Assembly: GCA_963796105.1 (NCBI GenBank)
Contig: CAWCKJ010000007.1
Span: 96,001 to 160,000 of the forward strand
DNA: 64,000 nt
Source: a candidate division FCPU426 bacterium
GTDB taxonomy: Bacteria > Oederibacteriota > Muellerivitia > Muellerivitales > Muellerivitaceae
Direction of reading: 5' to 3'
A model generated the notes under the pieces. It had not been told where the DNA came from. It was given only the letters and a program-made list of their open reading frames with translations, and ran no database searches. Every line of letters begins with the position of its first letter. Position 1 is the stretch's first letter. Shown here in pieces: positions 38,413 to 50,379 of this stretch. Made by a program: the position numbers and the translations under genes.

Positions 38413-39126
38413 TTAAAGTCCGCCCATGCCGCCGGTACTGTTGCGGTTTTGTTTGCGTTCCACCGCGTCCGCCGAAGGCGTCACTTCCTTATCCACCGGC
38501 TTGGTCGCCACTTCCGCTTTGCCTGTTTCCATCAGGTCGTCGCCCAGGACCCCCTCGGAGTCGCAGGCGTGATAATGGCCGTCCGCCAGGTAAACCTGGA
38601 ATTCCGGTTTCTTCTCGCCGCTTTGCCACCACCAATAGCCCCGATCGTAATAAATCCAGCGCTCGGCAAAGGTGTCATGCCACCAAAAACGGCCGTACTT
38701 GAAAAGCACCCAGTGGAATAACGCCCCGGTGCGCCAGCCGTACCAATTACCGGAACCATCCTGGTAATGGCAATAGTCCCAAGCCTGGAATTTATGCCAG
38801 TTATATTCCCCGGATTTTTTCTCGGTCTTGTTGAATCCCTCGATTTGCCCGAAAAAAGCCGGGTCCACCAGGTTAGCCAGGGCCGGGCCCCAATAGGCCT
38901 TTTCATCGTTGTATTTTTTCCAGGCTGTCCCGTCCGGGCTTTTCTTGGGGGGTTTGGGAAAGTGATGCCCCTCGGAATCACCGATCCTCTCCTGGGTTTG
39001 AAGGACAAGGGGTTTGGGAAGAGCGTTTGAGTCCGCCGGGGTCGGCGTTATACCCTGGCCCAGGGCCGCCGGTAGGTTGATCCCCAAGCAAAGCAAGGCA
39101 AATACCCCGCCGCAATATTTCCTCAC
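38413..39126 (-). CDS. Hypothetical exported Trp/Tyr-rich protein
   Basis: Signal peptide; GAGGGGG RBS before GTG. Confidence 0.7.
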   Translation of the reverse strand: MRKYCGGVFALLCLGINLPAALGQGITPTPADSNALPKPLVLQTQERIGDSEGHHFPKPPKKSPDGTAWKKYNDEKAYWGPALANLVDPAFFGQIEGFNKTEKKSGEYNWHKFQAWDYCHYQDGSGNWYGWRTGALFHWVLFKYGRFWWHDTFAERWIYYDRGYWWWQSGEKKPEFQVYLADGHYHACDSEGVLGDDLMETGKAEVATKPVDKEVTPSADAVERKQNRNSTGGMGGL

Positions 39127-39158
39127 GAATTTCCCCCTCGAAAAAGATCCAAATCCAA

Positions 39159-41757
<2,599 letters not shown>

Positions 41758-42241
41758 ATAAAACCTCAATCATTTTATTTATTCATGGGCTAGGAAGCGG
41801 ATTCGAACGCCATTATTGCTGATCAATAGGATCATTTTATAACGGTTAAACCTACATCAAGGTAAGGTTCAAAATAGTTTCTTTCAATAAACGAATTTGA
41901 ATTTTAAAGCGTCCATTGAGTTTAAATAAGCCGCATGATTTAGCGGACCTTTATAATGAACCACCCGACTAAAAAATATCCATCAAGAGAAAAATAAACC
42001 ACGGTGGTATTTGGACTCGGTATTTCTCTTACCGGCAGGTTGGATGAAAACCACATAGCAAAAATGAAAAAAACCTTTATTTTTTTAATTAAACCGGTTT
42101 TAAAAACCACCTTTTTTCAGTAGTTTATGCCTGTGTTGGTTTTTAGCCATGATGTCAAAAATCACATTTCATTATTTTCATTATGTTATAATCTGCCTTC
42201 CTAAAAACGGTTTAAATTTCCCTTGAAGGGGGTTCTTTTCA

Positions 42242-44035
42242 ATGTCAACCGCCACCCAAGTCATTAGTGGAATCCAATTTGAGAAAGTCATGGAAGGGGT
42301 GGACGCTGAGACCAGAACCATCGTTGAGAACTGCCTTTTATTTTTCGCGGACGACACGGACACCTCCACGACAGCGGAAAAAGCCCGCTCGGATAAATTG
42401 AGGGCCGCCTATAACACCCTCGTGGATTTTCTTGTTTCCAACCGCCTCAATGAGCTGAATCCCCAGCAAACAGCCTTCCTTTGCACGGGAGCCCTGGCCG
42501 ACAACATCGCGGTTCAATCCGGCACCCCCCGGGCGGTTGAAATGTTTCCCTCCGAGCTTTACAAGCACTTGGTGGATATCTTTTCCAAGCCCGCTTCTCC
42601 CGACGCCCCTTTCTGCGTTTTTTCCGCCATGGACAAATATACCGCCATCGCCAAGGGCGAGCTTTTAGCCTTGACCCTCGGCGACGACCGCAAAAAGGAC
42701 CTCCGCAATTCGCCCCAGGACCAGAAGCGCATGAAGGACGAGTGGAAGCGCCGGATGGACCAGTTGAAAAGCGAAATTTCCATGTCCATCTCCCAGATCG
42801 ACATCTATTACCCAAAGATGCTTAACTGCCTGAACGATAACTCATTGAAGAACGCCAAGGTCGGTTTGGAAATGATGAAGAAGGTCTCGGCCGCCTGGGC
42901 CAGGGGCGAGGCCGCCACGCCCCAGGAAAAAGCCCTGATCAAGGCTTTCGAGGTGAAAATCGGGGATACCGCCGCCGCCATGAGCCGCTGGATGGAGGAG
43001 ATTTACGGTTACGTCGGAAAAATCCTGGATAACAGCAAGTTGATCGACGAGAAACACCAGGGCGTGGTCAAATCCATCAATGAGATCGCCAAGATTGACA
43101 ACGCTTCCCCGGTCATCGCGGACACAGGGGGGCTCCTGTTCAATTCGGACGCCATCTCGAGCATCCGCACCGACATCGACACCACCAACAGCGTGAGTGT
43201 CAGGGTGGCGGACGCCTCCCCCATGAAGGTCTCTTACAGCGCCTCCCGTATCCTGGTGAGCAAGCAGTTCAACGAGGGGGAAGACTTCAGGGACCGCCTT
43301 TGCACGAGGGAAAATATACTGGCGGGCCTGGAAAAGGTCGTCAAAATCCACACCAACCTATTCCCCAAGGATTTCGAGGGCCGCTTCATCGTTCCCCATA
43401 TCTTGATTGAGCCGTTGCGCAATTTCGCGGACTTCTTCCAGGACAGGTTCATCATGTCCTTCGTCTCGGGGGAAACAGCCCGGAAAGGCGCCATCTTGAC
43501 CTTCACCCCGGTGGATGTCCAGGTATTGCGGTTGTGCGCCCTTTTCCTGACCAAGGACCCCATTTATGACTACCGGGGGGATGTAAAGGTGGGGACCTTC
43601 ATGGGGGATTATGTCGGTAAAATCGACAAGCAGACAAAGGTCAAATGGACGGGCCAAGAGAAGAAATTCACCCTGGCCGTCACCCAGAGCATGCAGGACA
43701 CCGCCAGCCGCGAGGACGCGGTCACTGACTATATCGACTTCATCGTCGCCATGGCCAACGGCAGTCCCACCAACCCCAAGGTCAGCAAGCGGAAGATCAA
43801 TATTCTTTTAAAGTACGTCCTCATGGACAAGCTGGAGAAGAACATCGCCGGCATCCTGAGGCTGGTGGCCCAAACGGACCCAGCCGAGGCCAAGGATTCC
43901 ATCATGTTCTTCGCCAAGGACAACAGTGACACGGCCAAGGACATGATCAGGGCCGCGGTCAAGTCCGACCCGCAAACTTCCAAGTTATTCAGCGATAACA
44001 CCGATTTCGCCATCATGAGGGTCTTCGGCCGCTGA
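42242..44035 (+). CDS. Hypothetical cytoplasmic protein, 597 aa
   Basis: Long ORF with GC-rich third positions like neighbouring core genes; no motif recognised. Confidence 0.8.
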   Translation: MSTATQVISGIQFEKVMEGVDAETRTIVENCLLFFADDTDTSTTAEKARSDKLRAAYNTLVDFLVSNRLNELNPQQTAFLCTGALADNIAVQSGTPRAVEMFPSELYKHLVDIFSKPASPDAPFCVFSAMDKYTAIAKGELLALTLGDDRKKDLRNSPQDQKRMKDEWKRRMDQLKSEISMSISQIDIYYPKMLNCLNDNSLKNAKVGLEMMKKVSAAWARGEAATPQEKALIKAFEVKIGDTAAAMSRWMEEIYGYVGKILDNSKLIDEKHQGVVKSINEIAKIDNASPVIADTGGLLFNSDAISSIRTDIDTTNSVSVRVADASPMKVSYSASRILVSKQFNEGEDFRDRLCTRENILAGLEKVVKIHTNLFPKDFEGRFIVPHILIEPLRNFADFFQDRFIMSFVSGETARKGAILTFTPVDVQVLRLCALFLTKDPIYDYRGDVKVGTFMGDYVGKIDKQTKVKWTGQEKKFTLAVTQSMQDTASREDAVTDYIDFIVAMANGSPTNPKVSKRKINILLKYVLMDKLEKNIAGILRLVAQTDPAEAKDSIMFFAKDNSDTAKDMIRAAVKSDPQTSKLFSDNTDFAIMRVFGR

Positions 44036-44138
44036 GTCTTCCGGGAAACCCGTTCAAGCGGCTCCCTATCTGCGTTTTTCCTTTTCCGGGAGATTCCGCT
44101 AGAATGTCCCGCGTCCATAGAAAGGTGGGTTTCCTCCC

Positions 44139-44687
44139 ATGAAAAAACTCGTAGCCTTGTCCGCGATCGGAAAAGACCAGCCCGGCATCGTAGCAGCCCT
44201 GTCGAGAGTCCTTTTTGAGGCCGGCTGCAACCTGGAAGATTCCAGCATGACGAGGCTCCAAGGCGATTTCGCCGTGCTGCTCTTGATTTCCCTGCCTGAA
44301 AAACTGTCTTTGGACAAACTCAGGCAATCCCTCCAGGAAAAGACAGGCTCTTTCCATTTGACCCTGGCCCTGAGGGAGCTCTCCGCGGAGGAAACCAACG
44401 GCGCGCCCGGTCCCGCGTCCCTTCCCTTCACTCTGGTCGTTTACGGGGTCGACCATCCCGGCATCGTTTATAGGGTCACCCAGGCGGCCTCCGAGGAAAA
44501 AATCAACATCACCGATTTGAGGACCAAGGTCACCTCCAACCAGGGAACGCCGATTTATTCCCTGGTCGTCGAGGTCGAGATTTCCGATGAGAAGACCGTC
44601 AAGCTCTTCGAGAAAAAGCTTGAAGCCCTGAAAGGGGAACTCAAGATCGATATCCTCCTCAAGCCCGTGGAAGCGGACGAACTTTAG
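44139..44687 (+). CDS. GcvR-like double ACT-domain protein
   Basis: G.DQPGIVA...CNLEDSSM and G.DHPGIV...INITDL. Confidence 0.85.
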   Translation: MKKLVALSAIGKDQPGIVAALSRVLFEAGCNLEDSSMTRLQGDFAVLLLISLPEKLSLDKLRQSLQEKTGSFHLTLALRELSAEETNGAPGPASLPFTLVVYGVDHPGIVYRVTQAASEEKINITDLRTKVTSNQGTPIYSLVVEVEISDEKTVKLFEKKLEALKGELKIDILLKPVEADEL

Positions 44688-44689
44688 AC

Positions 44690-45223
44690 ATGGCGGTATT
44701 ACCGATCCTGACCTACCCCCACCCCATGCTGAAGAAAAAATCGGGGGAATTGGGAATCCAAAACCCGGAATGGGACGGGATTTTGCGAGACCTCCATGAG
44801 ACCATGTTGAGCCACCAGGGCTGTGTCGGCTTGGCCGCCCCCCAAATAGGGCATCTGTTCCGTTGTTTGGTGGTGGATGTTTCCCGTTCCCCCCGACCCG
44901 GCGAGAATCACGGTCTTTTAAGGCTGGTCAACCCCCGAATTCTCGAGGCCAGCCAGTGGAAAATCAGCCGGGAAGGCTGCTTGAGTTTTCCCGATCTTTT
45001 GGCTAACGTTAAAAGGGCCCAAAAAATCCAGATCGACGGTTTCAATGAGAAAAAGGAAAGAATACAGTTGAGTTGTTTTGGTTTCGAGGCGGTAGCCATC
45101 CAGCACGAAGTCGATCATTTGGATGGGATTCTCTTTTTGGACCGGATCCGGTCCTCGAAGGATCTTTTCGAGAGAAGGATAACGGCCCCAATAGCGGAGT
45201 CCGGTCATTCCCCGCTTTCCTGA
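44690..45223 (+). CDS. def: Peptide deformylase
   Basis: GLAAPQIG, EGCLS, HEVDHLDG. Confidence 0.95.
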   Translation: MAVLPILTYPHPMLKKKSGELGIQNPEWDGILRDLHETMLSHQGCVGLAAPQIGHLFRCLVVDVSRSPRPGENHGLLRLVNPRILEASQWKISREGCLSFPDLLANVKRAQKIQIDGFNEKKERIQLSCFGFEAVAIQHEVDHLDGILFLDRIRSSKDLFERRITAPIAESGHSPLS

Positions 45224-45244
45224 GGTTTAATTGAAAGGAACCGC

Positions 45245-45790
45245 ATGAACTCCCCAAGCGCGACAAACCTGGTCTGGATGGATTTGGAGATGACGGGTTT
45301 GGACCCTAAAATTTGCACGATCCTGGAGATCGCGACCCTCATCACGGATAAGGATTTGAGCGTGGTCGCGCAAGGCCCTGTCCTGGCGATCCGTCATACC
45401 CAGGAAGATCTGGAAAAAATGGATGAATGGAACCAAAAACACCATTCCCAATCCGGGCTCCTGGAAAAAGCCAGGAATTCCTCGATTTCCGCCCAGGAAG
45501 CGGAGCGCTTGACGCTGGATTTCATATCCCAGCACTGCAAACCCAACAGCAGTCCCTTATGCGGCAATACGATCTACCAGGATCGAAGGTTTTTGATCGA
45601 ATACATGCCGAAACTGGAGGGTTTTCTTCATTACCGTTTAGTGGATGTGAGTACGATCAAGGAGCTCGTCAAACGCTGGTACGGCCCGGAATACCAGGCC
45701 CCTGCTAAAAAACAGAAACACATGGCAATGGAAGACATCCTGGAAACCATCGAGGAGTTGAAGTTTTACCGAAAGACAGTCTTCAAATGA
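45245..45790 (+). CDS. orn: Oligoribonuclease
   Basis: LVWMDLEMTGL, LCGN...DRRFL, HYR.VDVSTIKEL. Confidence 0.95.
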   Translation: MNSPSATNLVWMDLEMTGLDPKICTILEIATLITDKDLSVVAQGPVLAIRHTQEDLEKMDEWNQKHHSQSGLLEKARNSSISAQEAERLTLDFISQHCKPNSSPLCGNTIYQDRRFLIEYMPKLEGFLHYRLVDVSTIKELVKRWYGPEYQAPAKKQKHMAMEDILETIEELKFYRKTVFK

Positions 45791-46106
45791 TGGATCTCAA
45801 CGTTTGATTGACAGAACACAATTTATTCGACGCTTTTTCCGATTTCCCGCCAAGGTCTAATGCTTTCTATTGAAAATTCGGAAAAAGTTTCAATATTGTT
45901 GCATTAAGAGCCATTACGGCAAATAACGCGCCTTTTCTCAAACCGCGCCTTCAGGAAAACATTTTCCAAAATAGTTGTATTTCTGTCTTTTCAGCCATGC
46001 TCCTTTGAACAATAATACAACGAACTCCTTCCCAACACCCCAATTCCCTGTATTGAAATTACAGGGAAACATATAAAAAATCTCAGCATCTTAAAAGAGA
46101 AAAATA

Positions 46107-47165
46107 GTGTCCCCTAATTCGAAGGAAGTCTTATCGCCCGAGATGCTTATCCTCAGCCAAGGCTTGATGTCATTGTATCACGCGAGCGCTGATCTGCAGT
46201 TTTCCAAACCCCTTCCAGCCCTTCTCAAATCCATCCTTCGCGGGTTAAAAAGCGGAACGAAAATCACGAAGGCCGCCATTTTCATCAAGGGGGATCTGGA
46301 TAACCAATTGAACGGCATGGTGGGCGTGGGATTGAATGATAAAAAAGTCTCCGAAATGATCCTCTCGCTTACCACCGCCGAGGAAGAAGAACTTCTGCGG
46401 ATTAACTCAACACCCAAAACCGATTCTGCCCCCGTGTCTTTGAGCCGATTGTCCCAGCTGCTGGAAACCCAGCTGGATTTGAAAAAATGCGAAATTCTTC
46501 CATTGGAAATAAGGGACCGTTTGGTTGGAATTTTGGCATATGAAAAAACCTTGGATATCCTCTATCGGGAAATTCTATTCATATTTTCCCGCCAAGCGGC
46601 CTTGACCATTGATAACGCCAAACTTTTCGCGAAGGTGGAAGAGATGGCTTTGAGAGATACCCTCACGGGCCTCTATAACCGCCGATATTTTTTACAGATT
46701 CTTGAATACGAATTAAATAGGTCCAAGCGCTACCGCCAACCCCTCTCCCTGATCTTTCTGGACATAGACCATTTCAAGAGTATCAATGACACCTACGGGC
46801 ATTCCATGGGAGACCAGTTCCTGAAACAAATTTCCCAGAAATTGTCCTCGTTATTCAGGACCACAGACTTGGTCGCCCGTTACGCCGGCGATGAATTCGT
46901 GGTCATCCTCCCGAGCACACCCAAGGAAGGCGCCATGATTTTGGCCCAGAGGATACAACAAATCTTGGGAAATTACCAAATGATGGTCCGGGGAAGGACC
47001 CTTCAAACATCCGTGAGTATCGGCGTGGATACCTATGAGGGCGCGGAGGGAATCCGGAGCATGGGTTTCATCGACAGGGCTGACAAGGCTATGTATGAAG
47101 CCAAGGCAAACGGCCGTAATTGCGTCAAGTTTTACCAGGAAAGTCAAAAGGCCCTAGCGGTTTAG
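46107..47165 (+). CDS. GAF-GGDEF diguanylate cyclase-like protein (AGDEF)
   Basis: DTLTGLYNRR, DIDHFKSINDTYGH, RTTD, RYAGDEF. Confidence 0.9.
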   Translation: MSPNSKEVLSPEMLILSQGLMSLYHASADLQFSKPLPALLKSILRGLKSGTKITKAAIFIKGDLDNQLNGMVGVGLNDKKVSEMILSLTTAEEEELLRINSTPKTDSAPVSLSRLSQLLETQLDLKKCEILPLEIRDRLVGILAYEKTLDILYREILFIFSRQAALTIDNAKLFAKVEEMALRDTLTGLYNRRYFLQILEYELNRSKRYRQPLSLIFLDIDHFKSINDTYGHSMGDQFLKQISQKLSSLFRTTDLVARYAGDEFVVILPSTPKEGAMILAQRIQQILGNYQMMVRGRTLQTSVSIGVDTYEGAEGIRSMGFIDRADKAMYEAKANGRNCVKFYQESQKALAV

Positions 47166-47354
47166 GTTTTTCCCCTTATCTTTTCACCATCCCAAGAGTT
47201 CACTACCCTTAAATTCCCTTAATCATCGCTATTGCCTCATTTGGGTTCAAACCAATGCAAATGAAAACAAGGGATGGATTTAAAGAAGAATATCGCGGTA
47301 AAGACGGTTTGAATGAAGGATGGGGGCCGATCGTGATGTTACAGGGCTTAAAGA

Positions 47355-48875
47355 TTAACCAACTGCGAAAAGTTTTTTCTGAGTGCCTGTGGAAGAGGGC
47401 AAATCCTCCAGCACTTTGATGGTTTGTAATTGCCCGTCCGATTGCCCGTTGATCCGGGCCCCGGAATCCAGCAAATTCATGAGATAACTGTAAATCTCCT
47501 GGGTAATAACTTCGCCGGGGCAAAGAACTGGAACACCCGGGGGATAGGGACAAACAATCTCGGCGCAAATTTTTCCGACGGATCTTTTAAAGGGGATTTT
47601 CCGGGTCAATTTAGTCAGGGCTTCGCGCGGATTAACCTCCTTTTTAGGCACGAAATGCGGAAAGACAACCCGTTTCCTTTTCTTTTGATTCATGAACATA
47701 TCCTTATAGTCCACCACGATTTTCCGAAGGGCCGCGATGAACCTTTTCAGGTCTTTGGGCACGTTTCCAATCGAGACAAAAAGCAAAACACTTTGGAAAT
47801 CGGACAATTCCGTTTGAATCCCGTATTCCGAATTTAAAATCTTGGCCATATCGTAACCAACGCAGGGCAAACCCTTGGTGGAAATGGTTAATTTCGTCAC
47901 ATCCAGGTCCAATCCAGGTATTTTCCGGACTTGATCCCTCGTCAGGCAGCTCAATCCCGTGATCTGGTTGATGGCCGATCGGGTCTTCTCGCAGAGTTGA
48001 ATGATCTCGTTCAGGAGTTTTTCCCCCTCATGGACCATTTGGTGCCGTGACACATCCAGGGAACCTAAAATCACGTAGGAAGGACTCGTGGTTTGAAGCA
48101 TTTGAAGTGTTGTTTTCAAGCGCAGGATGTCCACCCTGACTCCCTTGACGTGAAGCATGGATCCCTGGCTTAAGGCTGAAAGATGCTTGTGGGTCGATTG
48201 AACGCACATATCGGCGCCCGAATCCATCGCTGATTTCGGGAAAGTGGGATGGAAATGGAAATGACCGCCATGAGCCTCGTCCACCAGGAGGATCTTGTCG
48301 TGCTGGTGGACTACCTCCGCGATAGCCTCCAAATCAGCCGTTAAACCGAAATAGGTCGGGCTGGTGACCAAAACGGCTTTCGCGTCGGGGTGCTGGCGGC
48401 AGGCCTCGTCCACCTGCTCGGCGGTCAGGTTCAGGATCAAGTCGGAGGTCTCGTCGATTTTCGGCATGATGTAAATGGGCTCGGCGTCCGCGAGAATCAC
48501 GGCGGAAATGACGGATTTATGCGCGTTTCGGGGAATGATGATTTTGTCCCCCGGGTCGCATGTGGAAAGGATCATCGCCTGATTGCCGCCCGTCGTGCCG
48601 TTGACAAGGAAGAATGAATAATCCGCCCCGTTGGCCTTCGCGGCGAGGATTTGGGCTTCTTTGATGACCGAATTGGGCTCGTGGAGGGAATCCACCTCGC
48701 TCATGACCGACAAGTCGAGCTTGAAAACATTTTCACCCACATAGGACCTGAAGGCTTTCGGAATGCCCTTGCCGTGCTTGTGGCCGGGCGTGTGGAAGGA
48801 AACCTTATTGTCATTGGCGTAGCGAATGATCGCGTCAAAAAGCGGAGTTTTGTCCTGCCCGTCGTATTTTGACAT
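47355..48875 (-). CDS. Orn/Lys/Arg decarboxylase (PLP-dependent)
   Basis: FHTPGHK, VDEAHG, QSTHK, TTSPSY, PYPPG. Confidence 0.92.
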   Translation of the reverse strand: MSKYDGQDKTPLFDAIIRYANDNKVSFHTPGHKHGKGIPKAFRSYVGENVFKLDLSVMSEVDSLHEPNSVIKEAQILAAKANGADYSFFLVNGTTGGNQAMILSTCDPGDKIIIPRNAHKSVISAVILADAEPIYIMPKIDETSDLILNLTAEQVDEACRQHPDAKAVLVTSPTYFGLTADLEAIAEVVHQHDKILLVDEAHGGHFHFHPTFPKSAMDSGADMCVQSTHKHLSALSQGSMLHVKGVRVDILRLKTTLQMLQTTSPSYVILGSLDVSRHQMVHEGEKLLNEIIQLCEKTRSAINQITGLSCLTRDQVRKIPGLDLDVTKLTISTKGLPCVGYDMAKILNSEYGIQTELSDFQSVLLFVSIGNVPKDLKRFIAALRKIVVDYKDMFMNQKKRKRVVFPHFVPKKEVNPREALTKLTRKIPFKRSVGKICAEIVCPYPPGVPVLCPGEVITQEIYSYLMNLLDSGARINGQSDGQLQTIKVLEDLPSSTGTQKKLFAVG

Positions 48876-49820
48876 TTAGGAGAAATCCTTCTCCTCTCCG
48901 ATCAAACGGTACGTCAAGGGTTTATCATCCTTGATGATTTGTTTTATTCTCACGAATCCATCCCGAATGTATTTTGGGACAAAAAAGATGCCCTCATGGG
49001 TCTCGCCGTCGTAATACTTCAATTTTCCAACATTCCGTTCCTTCAAAATCCGGTCCGCTTGCTCCCTTTTGATGTTTTTGGGATCAATGGATTTTGAGGC
49101 CATGGTAAAGCTCCAGGGTATATCAAAGGACGGGACGTTCGCCGCCCAGGAATAGACCAATGGAAATACCCGCTTAAGGGTGTGATGGATGGCGGCCAGG
49201 CAGGTCAACTCCTTCTCAGCCGAGCAGCCGGATTGAAGGGCGACCATACCGTCTGGATTCAGTTTCTTCGAGACGATTTTGTAAAATTCCTCCGTATAAA
49301 GCAGGTAAGCCGGCCCCTCCTCAACGGGTTCAGGGATGTCCACAATGATGACATCGAATTTCTCATCGGTTTTCTCAAGGAACTTCCTTCCATCCTCGAA
49401 TAGCAAAACCGTTCTTTTATCCTGAAAAGCCCCCCGGTGCCATTCCTCCATGTGTTCCATGCACAATTCCACGACCCTTTGATCGATATCAATCATCCAG
49501 GCTTTTTCCACCGTTTTATGCCGGAGAACCTCATATAGGGTCGCTCCCTCCCCGCCCCCGATGATTAATACTTTTTTCGGGTTGGGGGAGGATACCATGG
49601 CTGGGTGAACAAGATTCTCATGGTAAATAAACTCATCCTGCTGCGCGGATTGCATATGGCCGTCCAAAATAAGGCATTTGCCATAATGGCTGGACTGGAT
49701 CACCTCCACTTGCTGGTAGGGGGTTTTCTCGGATGCGTAAATTTTGGTAATACCCCTCATATGAGCCTCATCCGGCGCGAAAAACTCGATATGCCAATGG
49801 GGACTGATCATGTTTGCCAT
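48876..49820 (-). CDS. speE: Spermidine synthase / polyamine aminopropyltransferase
   Basis: LILDG..Q, DEFIYHE, VLIIGGGEG, DVIIVD. Confidence 0.93.
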   Translation of the reverse strand: MANMISPHWHIEFFAPDEAHMRGITKIYASEKTPYQQVEVIQSSHYGKCLILDGHMQSAQQDEFIYHENLVHPAMVSSPNPKKVLIIGGGEGATLYEVLRHKTVEKAWMIDIDQRVVELCMEHMEEWHRGAFQDKRTVLLFEDGRKFLEKTDEKFDVIIVDIPEPVEEGPAYLLYTEEFYKIVSKKLNPDGMVALQSGCSAEKELTCLAAIHHTLKRVFPLVYSWAANVPSFDIPWSFTMASKSIDPKNIKREQADRILKERNVGKLKYYDGETHEGIFFVPKYIRDGFVRIKQIIKDDKPLTYRLIGEEKDFS

Positions 49821-50054
49821 TTAAAAAACTCCGTTTTTTTCAATTTTATTAAAAGATAAATCTCGTTTCTCCGATGATAACCCATTAAAAATAATTTGAA
49901 ACCCCTGAAAAACTATTAAAAAACGGCCAACAAAGGTTTCGACCCCAAAGATTTCCGCAGTAAATGGCGGGGTTTCCATAAATTTCTTCTGAAAAAGGAG
50001 GCGAAAACCGACTTTTTCAGAGGTTACAATTGTATATCGGGACAAGAAAACATT

Positions 50055-50086
50055 AAAAAGGCGACAGTCCCTACCGGGATGCCGCC
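50055..50086 (-). terminator. Terminator-like hairpin in the speE upstream region
   Basis: Minus strand GGCGGCATCCC GGTA GGGACTGTCGCC TTTTT. Confidence 0.5.
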
Positions 50087-50379
50087 GCGGGAACAATAGG
50101 TTTGTGGGAATGAAGCCCATTTGGAGTTGGGGTAAACCGCGTCTCAATCATCATAAACCTTTTAGCGCTATTAAAAAACTCGGTAGGAAAACTTAATCCA
50201 ATATTCTCCAATATTTTTTCTTTCCAAATTTATTTTTGTTATGAATTTTTCTTAAGTATAAAACGATACGATATACTGTCAAGAAAAAACGGATTCGGGC
50301 TCGCTTTAAATAATTTTTAAAAATTTTTTTCTAACATCCAAACGTTTAAAATAAATTTGATTTTAAAAAAGGAAAATTT

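Noticed and set aside
49920..49960. tmRNA-like 5' end (GGTTTCGAC)
   Set aside because: No acceptor stem partner, T-arm or CCA end found downstream.
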